Assembly: GCA_964453225.1 (NCBI GenBank)
Contig: CAYVNS010000004.1
Location: forward strand, 63,640 to 127,639
Length of the DNA stretch: 64,000 nt
Reading direction: 5' to 3'
Source of the DNA: an uncultured Rhodospirillaceae bacterium
Lineage (GTDB): Bacteria; Pseudomonadota; Alphaproteobacteria; UBA9219
Position 1 is the stretch's first letter. Each line of letters begins with the position of its first letter. Of this stretch, positions 30,889 to 39,878 are shown piece by piece. The notes below the pieces were generated by a model, which was not told where the DNA came from, made no database searches, and saw nothing but the letters and a program-made list of their open reading frames with translations. A program made the position numbers and the translations under genes.

Positions 30889-31002
30889 AATCTCTTCGGG
30901 CGCGCCACAAACAAAAACCCCCACTTGGGGGTTTTTGTTTGTGTAGTGTCTGAAGCTGTGAATTGCTCCTCGAGTTCGACCAAACAGTCCGGGGGACTGT
31001 TT
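30889..31002 (+). repeat. Direct repeat copy C: tRNA-Arg 3' end plus flank
   Basis: aatctcttcgggcgcgcca-caaacaaaaacccccacttgggggtttttgtttgtgtagtgtctgaagctgtgaa.tgctcctcgagttcgaccaaacagtccgggggactgtt matches copy A. Confidence 0.85.
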
Positions 31003-31275
31003 GGGGGGCGCTTTCGAAAAATTATGTCGATTCTTTTCCATTTTTTGTCTTTGGAGACAAGACGGCCTTGCGCACGCTCAAACCTGAGTGCCCCCCCTGG
31101 ATATTGGTTATCCAATCCCGCCTGGTCGTTGACCTTTTCCGCCATCAATTCGACTCTATGTGGGAGAAAGCGACGCCGCTAAATTCCCTTCCAAGAACAG
31201 CCCCTAAAACAACGCAATAGGGCATAAAAAAACCCCCGCTCTCACAGGGGTTTCTTTAAGAAAAGAAGTTGAAAG

Positions 31276-33096
31276 TTAAGCCGAGATCAAAGCCGGCCCC
31301 GTCAACCCGGGCCCGCCGACTTGCGCGTTAAACGGCAGAAGGATCGACTTTGCGGCTTCCTTCGCATCGTCCGAAACCGAAGCAACCTTCGCCTCGGGCG
31401 CTTTCTGAACCTCGGAGGCCTTCATGTAATAGGGCCTATCCGTCTTGGCTTGCGTGGTTCCCTTCGATGCGCTGGCGAAATCGGACTTCAGCGAATCCGA
31501 AGGCCGAAGTACGGCATTGGTCGCCTCTCCGCTCGCATTGAAGTTGACTTGCATGACGCAATCCGCCGTCTTGCAAGGTCCCTTGATGTTCGGCAATTCC
31601 AGATTCGACATCTGTTGCGGCATCATAACGGGATTCTGCATGTACTGGTTCTGCATCGGAACGATGGGAACGGAATGCGTCGGGCCCATTTGATAGGGCT
31701 GCGTCGGCATCTGGTACGACGGCATTTGCTGCTGCGGAACCAGCTGTATAGGCTGCTGCGCAGGAGCGTACGCGGGAGCGGGCTGCTGGTAAGCGGGTGC
31801 CTGCTGCATATAAGCAGGAGCCGAATATGCAGGAGGAGCCTGCGTCGCGGGTGCAGCGGCAGGCGCATAGTGCACAGGGGCCATCGGAGCCGCCGCCGGA
31901 GCAAACTGCACGGGCGTTCCCTGCGGAACAATCTGCGTCGGCGCCACGATCGTCGGCGCGCCGCCGTAAGGAAAATCGCACGCTTCCATTGCGCAGGGGC
32001 TTTGATACACCTGATACGTAACTTGGGGCGGCGGAGGCGGCGCCGGCATATAGACCGGCTTCTCCACAATCACCTGCTTTTCCACGATCACCGGCTTCGC
32101 TTTCACGACCGTTTTCTTGCGATGAACAACCTTGCGCGGTTTCGGCGCATTGCACGACGTGCGCGCCCGAACTTTTTTGCGCACCTGCTTGACAGGTTCT
32201 TTCACGGGTTCCACCACAACCGGCGCCTTCGGCTCCGCTACGGGAACGGTGCGAACAGGCTGTACCTGAACGGGCACAATGATATTGGCGCATTCAGCGC
32301 CGCACACATAAGAAGCCGACGGCGGAACATACATGACGCCGTCGGTCTGCGTAATCGGCGCGGCAATAGAAACGTCAGCGCCAACAATATCGTAAGAAAC
32401 GCCGCCTAAAAGGCCGCCGACCGCGCCGAAGGCAATGCCCTGCAAAGCCAGTCTCCAGCCATATCCCCTCTTGTGGCCTTGCGCCTTGATGCCTTTCGAC
32501 GCGGCGTTCAACACGCCGATCGCGCCGCCGGCAACGGCGCCGATGACAAAGGTGCTGGCATCCATAAGCATGGCGCCGACGTTCGCAATGCCGCCGCCGA
32601 CGATGCCGCAAAGCAAGCCGGTAAGGGCCATCTCGGCCAAAACTTTTGTAAAGAATTGTTTCCTGGCGTAAGGATGAAGCGCGTTGTGGTACCGCATGCG
32701 CACCCAGTGGACCAGCATGCCCGCCAAAAGACCCGCCGAAGCGCAAGCAAGCACGCCAAGAGCCGCCGCATGCAGTCTTTGCGAAGGATCGATCGCCGAA
32801 GCAATCGTTCCCTTGGTCGCAAGCCGGACAACGATCCCAAAAGTGCCGGCCAGCCAGAATTCGGCGGAATGCATATACTCTTCCGCGCGCACAATAGCCT
32901 TGGCGACTTTTTTGTTAGCCGTCTTTGCCGCCGGAGCTTTTTTAGCAAAAAGGCTTTGCTTAAGCTTCAGCACGAAGGCCGGGAAGAAAGAAGGCAAAAG
33001 CATATCCTCATCGCGCACGTCTTCCAAACGAAGATACCCCTCATCCGTTTTCTTGCGCGCCGAGCCGCGGTTCAGCTTAAAATTGGCCGATGACAT
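31276..33096 (-). CDS. Hypothetical membrane protein with Gly-zipper helices, a Lys/Val/Pro-rich segment and a long Pro/Gln/Ala/Tyr-rich low-complexity region
   Basis: A 606-aa ORF. The TM cluster runs roughly aa 85-240. KPV/VEK repeats are followed by APAY/QQP-type repeats. The antisense ORFs here are composition artefacts. Confidence 0.55.
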   Translation of the reverse strand: MSSANFKLNRGSARKKTDEGYLRLEDVRDEDMLLPSFFPAFVLKLKQSLFAKKAPAAKTANKKVAKAIVRAEEYMHSAEFWLAGTFGIVVRLATKGTIASAIDPSQRLHAAALGVLACASAGLLAGMLVHWVRMRYHNALHPYARKQFFTKVLAEMALTGLLCGIVGGGIANVGAMLMDASTFVIGAVAGGAIGVLNAASKGIKAQGHKRGYGWRLALQGIAFGAVGGLLGGVSYDIVGADVSIAAPITQTDGVMYVPPSASYVCGAECANIIVPVQVQPVRTVPVAEPKAPVVVEPVKEPVKQVRKKVRARTSCNAPKPRKVVHRKKTVVKAKPVIVEKQVIVEKPVYMPAPPPPPQVTYQVYQSPCAMEACDFPYGGAPTIVAPTQIVPQGTPVQFAPAAAPMAPVHYAPAAAPATQAPPAYSAPAYMQQAPAYQQPAPAYAPAQQPIQLVPQQQMPSYQMPTQPYQMGPTHSVPIVPMQNQYMQNPVMMPQQMSNLELPNIKGPCKTADCVMQVNFNASGEATNAVLRPSDSLKSDFASASKGTTQAKTDRPYYMKASEVQKAPEAKVASVSDDAKEAAKSILLPFNAQVGGPGLTGPALISA

Positions 33097-33168
33097 CTGG
33101 CCCCCTTTCTAAATTTCCGGAAAGATCCGGCATCAAATTAAAACCCAAGCGATACGTGAGACCAAAAC

Positions 33169-33705
33169 TCAATGATGATGAGGCTTATAATAGTTCATGT
33201 TACCGCCCTGCCCGCCGTAGCCTGCGGCATTGCTTGCCGCCGCCGCAGAAGCAGCCGCAGACGCGCCCGCAGAAGCTTGGCTTGAGGACGAACTGTCGTT
33301 CGAAACATTCGTCGAAACGTTCGATCTCAGCTTCCCGTCATGCGCCGCATCGCCGTAGTCCATGGCGCCAATGCCGCCCATGACCGTGCCCGCGCCGACA
33401 GCGCCGGTTCCGATAAAGCCCGTCGCCTGGCGGAACGTGCTGGGTTCGGATACGACAGCGCCGACACGCGCGCAGGTCGCGCACTTCGGCGATCTGGCGC
33501 TTTCATAAATGGCTGTCGCGTTGGCGTGCATCGCCGAACCATAAGTCTGGAATCCGGCCATAACCGGTTCGCCTCTCATGTTCGTGACCGCCGACCCATC
33601 GGGATATTCGAGCGGAAGCATCACAGCGCGAGGCTCTCCGCATCCGGCCAGCGTTCCCAAAAAGATCGTGAGCGCCAGTATTTTTCCTAAAGAATTACTT
33701 TTCAT
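33169..33705 (-). CDS. Lipoprotein with a Gly-zipper segment and an Ala/Ser-rich tail
   Basis: The signal peptide and lipobox are ILALTIFLGTLAGC. GTGAVGAGTVMGGIGA is a Gly-zipper. The C-terminus is HHH. Confidence 0.6.
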   Translation of the reverse strand: MKSNSLGKILALTIFLGTLAGCGEPRAVMLPLEYPDGSAVTNMRGEPVMAGFQTYGSAMHANATAIYESARSPKCATCARVGAVVSEPSTFRQATGFIGTGAVGAGTVMGGIGAMDYGDAAHDGKLRSNVSTNVSNDSSSSSQASAGASAAASAAAASNAAGYGGQGGNMNYYKPHHH

Positions 33706-34022
33706 GAATCTCCCCTTTCACAAATCACAAAATCAATTTCGGCCCCGCAAGCCGCAACTAATTTAGAAAATTATAACATCGCATTTCGCAGTGACAAGAA
33801 AATCGAAGTCGATTCTTGCTCTTCAGAAACGCCTACCAAAGCAACCCACTCTCTCATGTTGTGCGAGGTTGTATTCCTCGCAAAAAATCAGCGAGTTTTT
33901 TTCAAACAACAATTCGATCGCTTTTTGTAATTAGGTGCATAAATAGAATGTTGAACACAACGTGTCAACATGAACATTGCTCTCATAACGCGAAAAGTGC
34001 CGTTTTTATTATGGTTAACGCG

Positions 34023-35801
34023 TCACGATGAGCGCTTTACGTCGTCCAGGAAAGTCTGAACTTCGTCACGCAGACGGGCCGCCTGCTTCGATAATTCCTC
34101 GGAAGCTTGCAGCACTTTATCGGCGCCTTTGTGGGATTCCGACGCCGCGCTCGTGACTTTAACGATATTGCTGGACACCTCGTTCGTCCCCACCGTGGCC
34201 TGCTGCACGTTGTTCGAAATTTCGCGCGTCGCCTCGGTCTGCTGCTGAATGGCCTTCGCAATCGTTTCAGAAATTTCGCTGATATGCCCGATAATATCCC
34301 CAATGGAGCGAATGGCATTCGCCGCCTCAAGCGACACGCTTTGCACCGTGCTTATCTTCTTCGAAATCTCCTCGGTCGCCCGCCCGGTCTGGTTCGCCAG
34401 ATTCTTCACTTCGCTCGCCACCACGGCAAAGCCCTTGCCTGCCTCCCCGGCGCGCGCCGCTTCAATCGTGGCGTTCAAGGCGAGCAAATTCGTTTGCGCC
34501 GCAATGTCCTGAATCAGCTTCACGACGTCGCCAATCTGCGCCGCCGCCTCCGACAAGACAGAGACTGTCGTGTTCGTCCGCTTCACTTCGTCCACGGCGT
34601 TCATCGCCACTTGCGCCGACTCTTCGACCTGCCGATTGATCTCGCCGATGGAGGCCGACAATTCCTCGGCCGCCGACGCGACCGTCTGCACGCTGACGGA
34701 TGCCTGCTCGGTCGCGGCCGCCACGGCCGACGACTGACGGCTCGTCTGGTCCGCCATGTCCGATAAATTTTGCGCGCTTGTCTGCAACTCTGTCGCTTCG
34801 GAAGCCAGAACGCTGACGATGCCGCCGACGCTGTTATTGAAGTTATCGGCCAGCCTGCCCAATTCCCTCTGTTTCTTTTCCGCCGCCTGCTTTTTCTTTT
34901 CTTCCTCTTCGGCGGCCTTGTTCAACTGGATGGAAATGGTCTTGAAGCAATCCAGAAGCCGCGCGATCTTGCCGTACGAATCCGGCTGATCGAGATAAGG
35001 AACGACGGTATCCAGATCGTCCGCCGCCACGTGCGACATGGTTTCCAGAATAACCCTTAAACGCCTTGACTTGGATTCCAGCGAAACGGCGAGCCAGGCC
35101 GTTATGCCGAAACCTACCACCGACACAATCGCCAGAGCCGTGGATCCCGCGCCCATCCATGGGCCGACGACGCCGATTAAAAAAAACGCAATCAACGCCG
35201 CAATCAGCGTTCGGGATAGTATTTCGAAAGAAACCGTAAACTTGGCGTGGCGATCATGCGCCATAACGGGGTTCTTGCCCATGACCCCAATGACGCGACG
35301 CGCAAGCGTGAGAGACTCCGCCGATGTTTTCGGCCCGGGGATAATCTTGACGTCCAAAGCCGTCAGCGGCGGATAGGCGAAAACCATGCCCATGAATTTA
35401 TCGGGCGCCTTGATGTTTTTTGAAAGCGTTGAAATGGAAAGATTAACGGTGTTCGACGCAATGACAATTTCCGAGCCGCAAGCCGCGCGAATCTTCGAAT
35501 GAATAACGGCTTTGACCTCGGCATTTTCAAACACGACCTCGATGCAAAAACGGCATGTGCGCAGAAGGCCGAAATCAACGCCCGTTGTCATGCGCGATAG
35601 AATCAAATCGCGGCCCTCGGCCGTCAAATTCCCCTTCGCGACTTTCTGATCCAGATTTTCCGAGATGAACTGGCGCGCGACGACCAACGATTTTAACCTC
35701 ACGTCCACAAGAACGACGTTAAGGCCCGCTTCAATAGCGACCTGAGCCATGCCGCTGCCCATTCGGCCCGCACCGACAATGCCTATTGTTTCCCCGGACA
35801 T
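34023..35801 (-). CDS. Methyl-accepting chemotaxis protein (paralogue A) with an N-terminal 3-hydroxyacyl-CoA dehydrogenase-like NAD(H)-binding domain, a 2-TM hairpin and HAMP
   Basis: The N-terminus IGIVGAGRMGSGMAQ...VVLVDV...ASNTVNLSIS...FMGMVFAYPP...DVKIIPG aligns by eye with Hbd/HADH N-domains. Hydrophobic helices lie at about aa 195-245. A HAMP-like stretch is MSHVAADDLDTVVPYLDQPDSYGKIARLL. The MCP hairpin tip is QTNLLALNATIEAARAGEAGKGFAVVASEVKNLA. Confidence 0.85.
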   Translation of the reverse strand: MSGETIGIVGAGRMGSGMAQVAIEAGLNVVLVDVRLKSLVVARQFISENLDQKVAKGNLTAEGRDLILSRMTTGVDFGLLRTCRFCIEVVFENAEVKAVIHSKIRAACGSEIVIASNTVNLSISTLSKNIKAPDKFMGMVFAYPPLTALDVKIIPGPKTSAESLTLARRVIGVMGKNPVMAHDRHAKFTVSFEILSRTLIAALIAFFLIGVVGPWMGAGSTALAIVSVVGFGITAWLAVSLESKSRRLRVILETMSHVAADDLDTVVPYLDQPDSYGKIARLLDCFKTISIQLNKAAEEEEKKKQAAEKKQRELGRLADNFNNSVGGIVSVLASEATELQTSAQNLSDMADQTSRQSSAVAAATEQASVSVQTVASAAEELSASIGEINRQVEESAQVAMNAVDEVKRTNTTVSVLSEAAAQIGDVVKLIQDIAAQTNLLALNATIEAARAGEAGKGFAVVASEVKNLANQTGRATEEISKKISTVQSVSLEAANAIRSIGDIIGHISEISETIAKAIQQQTEATREISNNVQQATVGTNEVSSNIVKVTSAASESHKGADKVLQASEELSKQAARLRDEVQTFLDDVKRSS

Positions 35802-36068
35802 CCCGCGAACCCCCTTATTGAGGTAGAATCGGAAAAGCAGTTAAGGAACATACTATTGGGTGATAACTATTTAATTAATGATTAATGATAAGTTATAAAT
35901 TGCTTAATAATAACAAGGATTGGAATAATATTATCATACATGCTTCGGTGTCAAAGCAAGATGCTTCCAATATGGACGGATCGCGGTCTAAAGCGGAATT
36001 TCGTGACATTGAATTCGAACTAGCCGCACCCGATCATGCCGAACCAAGCCATTTTTTAGAATGAAGCC

Positions 36069-37838
36069 TTAGGTTCTGACCTCGTCAAGGAAAGCCTGAA
36101 CCTCGGCGCGCAGGCGTTCGGCCTGTTTCGACAAGTCGTTCGACGCATGCAACACGGTTTCGGCGCCTTTATGGGATTCCGACGCCGCGCTCGTGACCTT
36201 AACGATATTGCTGGACACCTCGTTCGTCCCCACCGTGGCCTGCTGCACATTGTTCGAAATTTCGCGCGTCGCCTCGGTCTGCTGCTGAATGGCGCGCGCA
36301 ATCGTTTCGGATATTTCGCTTATGCGTTCAATGATGTTTCCGATTGAGCGAATGGCATTCGCCGCCTCAAGCGACACGCTTTGCACCGTGCTTATCTTCT
36401 TCGAAATCTCCTCGGTCGCCCGCCCGGTCTGGTTCGCCAGATTCTTCACTTCGCTCGCCACCACGGCAAAGCCCTTGCCTGCCTCCCCGGCGCGCGCCGC
36501 TTCAATCGTGGCGTTCAAGGCGAGCAAATTCGTTTGCGCCGCAATGTCCTGAATCAGCTTCACGACGTCGCCAATCTGCGCCGCCGCCTCCGACAAGACA
36601 GAGACTGTCGTGTTCGTCCGCTTCACTTCGTCCACGGCGTTCATCGCCACTTGCGCCGACTCTTCGACCTGCCGATTGATCTCGCCGATGGAGGCCGACA
36701 ATTCCTCGGCCGCCGACGCGACCGTCTGCACGCTGACGGATGCCTGCTCGGTCGCGGCCGCCACGGCCGACGACTGACGGCTCGTCTGGTCCGCCATGTC
36801 CGATAAATTTTGCGCGCTTGTCTGCAACTCTGTCGCTTCGGAAGCCAGAACGCTGACGATGCCGCCGACGCTGTTATTGAAGTTATCGGCCAGCCTGCCC
36901 AATTCCCTCTGTTTCTTTTCCGCCGCCTGCTTTTTCTTTTCTTCCTCTTCGGCGGCCTTGTTCAACTGGATGGAAATGGTCTTGAAGCAATCCAGAAGCC
37001 GCGCGATCTTGCCGTACGAATCCGGCTGATCGAGATAAGGAACGACGGTATCCAGATCGTCCGCCGCCACGTGCCCCATCGCGATAAGCAAGTTCGACAT
37101 GCGTCTCGTTCTCTTTTCCATAAGGATGGCGAGGGTGGCCGCAAATCCCATCCCCAAAAGGGAAAGCGTTTGCGCAAGCTTGCCCAGATTCATCTCGTCG
37201 GCGGCAAAATTAAAGCCGAGAAGCAAAAACATAACGGCGAAAATGGAGCGCGAAACGACTTCGAACGGCATATGAAATTGCGCTTTGCGGTCGGGAGCCA
37301 ACACGGGGTTCTTGCCCATGGCGCGCACCGCCTTCTTGGCGAGGGTCGCCGCGTCGGCGGACGTTTTCGGCCCGGGGATAAGCTTGACGTCCAAAGCCGT
37401 CAGCGGCGGATAGGCGAAAACTATGCCCATGAAACGATCCGGCGATCTGATGTTTTTCGATAGCGTTGAAATGGGAAGATTAACGGTGTTCGACGCAATG
37501 ACAATTTCCGAGCCGCAAGCCTCGCGAATTTTCGAATGAATAACGCCTTTGACTTCGGCGTTTTCAAGCACGACCTCGATGCAGAAGCTGCAACGGCGCA
37601 GGAGGTTGAAATCCGTGCCCGTCGTAATGCGGGAGAGGATGGCATTCCGCTCGTCGGGCGATAGGTCTCCCCCGGCCACCCGTTGATCCAGATTTTCGAC
37701 AATCATCTGCTGCGCAAACGCCAGCGATTTAAGCCTGACATCCACAAGTACGACCTGAGCGCCCGCTTCGGCCCCGGCTTGGGCCATGCCGCTGCCCATT
37801 CTTCCGGCCCCAACGATACCGATAATTTCATCTGACAT
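36069..37838 (-). CDS. Methyl-accepting chemotaxis protein (paralogue B) with the same dehydrogenase-like N-domain / TM hairpin / HAMP / MCP architecture
   Basis: The motifs match paralogue A: IGIVGAGRMGSGMAQ, FMGIVFAYPP and DVKLIPG. The TM region is diverged. The central 243 codons are nucleotide-identical to paralogue A. Confidence 0.85.
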   Translation of the reverse strand: MSDEIIGIVGAGRMGSGMAQAGAEAGAQVVLVDVRLKSLAFAQQMIVENLDQRVAGGDLSPDERNAILSRITTGTDFNLLRRCSFCIEVVLENAEVKGVIHSKIREACGSEIVIASNTVNLPISTLSKNIRSPDRFMGIVFAYPPLTALDVKLIPGPKTSADAATLAKKAVRAMGKNPVLAPDRKAQFHMPFEVVSRSIFAVMFLLLGFNFAADEMNLGKLAQTLSLLGMGFAATLAILMEKRTRRMSNLLIAMGHVAADDLDTVVPYLDQPDSYGKIARLLDCFKTISIQLNKAAEEEEKKKQAAEKKQRELGRLADNFNNSVGGIVSVLASEATELQTSAQNLSDMADQTSRQSSAVAAATEQASVSVQTVASAAEELSASIGEINRQVEESAQVAMNAVDEVKRTNTTVSVLSEAAAQIGDVVKLIQDIAAQTNLLALNATIEAARAGEAGKGFAVVASEVKNLANQTGRATEEISKKISTVQSVSLEAANAIRSIGNIIERISEISETIARAIQQQTEATREISNNVQQATVGTNEVSSNIVKVTSAASESHKGAETVLHASNDLSKQAERLRAEVQAFLDEVRT

Positions 37839-38115
37839 TAGTGCCTCTTGCTATTTCACATTAAAGCTACTTCGCGAACAATACGCAGGCGAATCCGAAA
37901 GATAGTGCATATGGAATAAAGCCTTAAATGGTTAATACTCGGTAAAATTGGCGGGTAATAAAATGCTTCTTAGGGAAAGGCAGGAGCGCCCCTGTCCGCG
38001 ACCGCGTGCATATAATAATGCTCAAGCGCGAGGGTTCACATTTTCGACATGCGTATGCCCCCTCTCGCCGCCGAGCGGAGCGCACATTCGCTAAAAAAAA
38101 GGGGGGGGGCGATCT

Positions 38116-38430
38116 TTATATAGATCCGGCTGCAAGCCGCACTTTCAACCCATCCAGATCTTTTGTGAAGACAATCTGGCAGGCAAGGCGCGAATCCGGC
38201 GTTACGTCGAACGCGCTGTCCAGCATCGCGATCTCCTCTTCGGTTGGCTCCGGCACCTTGGCTTTCCACGCGGGATCAAGATAGACATGACAGGTCGCGC
38301 ACGCGCACGAGCCGCCGCATTGCGCGAGAATGGGAACCCCGCCTTCACGGATAATTTCCATCAGCGTCCACTCTTCGGTCGCCTCGAGTTCGTGGTCTTT
38401 GCCGTCCATGTCGGTCATAATGATCTTCAT
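38116..38430 (-). CDS. [2Fe-2S] ferredoxin, adrenodoxin/putidaredoxin type
   Basis: The cluster ligands fit CGGSCACATCHV plus a downstream Cys (RLACQ). At 104 aa the size is right. Confidence 0.85.
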   Translation of the reverse strand: MKIIMTDMDGKDHELEATEEWTLMEIIREGGVPILAQCGGSCACATCHVYLDPAWKAKVPEPTEEEIAMLDSAFDVTPDSRLACQIVFTKDLDGLKVRLAAGSI

Positions 38431-38456
38431 ATATCTCTCTCTTTTTATAGTTAGGC

Positions 38457-39659
<1,203 letters not shown>

Positions 39660-39676
39660 CTAAGAGAAACAAATCG

Positions 39677-39714
39677 CATTCAAACAAGCTTGTGGCGAAA
39701 GCCCAAGATCAATG
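39677..39714. repeat. Minimal copy (ends only) of the long-palindrome MITE-like element
   Basis: cattcaaacaagcttgtggcgaaa-gcccaagatcaatg matches the two termini of the element at 39754..39877 with the interior missing. Confidence 0.6.
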
Positions 39715-39753
39715 ACGTGCTTTTTAACTGAAGCGAAAACCTATAAGTTATCG

Positions 39754-39877
39754 CATTCAAACAAGCTTGAGGCGAAAAACGTCTCTTTTTTCAAAATTTT
39801 GAGCGCAGCGTACTCAAACGTACGTGAGCATCAAAATTTTGAAAAAGAGCGTTTTGCAGCCCAAGATTGTTTGAATG
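39754..39877. repeat. 124-bp long-palindrome MITE-like element abutting the 3' end of the enoyl-CoA hydratase gene
   Basis: The termini cattcaaacaagcttgaggcgaaaaacg and cgttttgcagcccaagattgtttgaatg are inverted repeats. The interior is also self-complementary (ttttcaaaattttgagcgcagcgtac / gtacgtgagcatcaaaattttgaaaa). Confidence 0.75.
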
Positions 39878-39878
39878 T

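Noticed and set aside
30466-31002. Possible CRISPR array (repeated units separated by unique sequence)
   Set aside because: There are only two long copies and one short copy. The spacing is irregular (193 and 230 bp). The repeats include the 3' end of a tRNA, and no cas genes are in the window. An att-site scar is the better explanation.
30456-31220. Several 60-114-aa ORFs on both strands in the region after tRNA-Arg
   Set aside because: The region is a chain of perfect hairpins and direct repeats. The ORFs overlap each other in all frames, and their duplicated segments simply reflect the DNA repeats.
31321-32409. 362-aa plus-strand ORF, and several others, inside the Pro/Gln-rich gene
   Set aside because: The Arg/His/Leu-rich translations mirror the low-complexity repeat region on the other strand. 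There is no signal, no motif, and complete overlap with the more protein-like minus-strand ORF.
30300-33200. Integrase, prophage or genomic island expected next to the duplicated tRNA ends (also checked around 52.7-53.3 kb)
   Set aside because: No tyrosine- or serine-recombinase-like ORF, phage gene or transposase could be recognised in any frame near either tRNA.
34023-37838. The idea that the two chemoreceptor genes are an assembly duplication of one gene
   Set aside because: The 5' thirds (sensor and TM hairpin), the extreme 3' ends and both flanking intergenic regions are clearly different. A simple collapsed or duplicated assembly is therefore unlikely. Read-level confirmation of the identical 729-bp core is still recommended.
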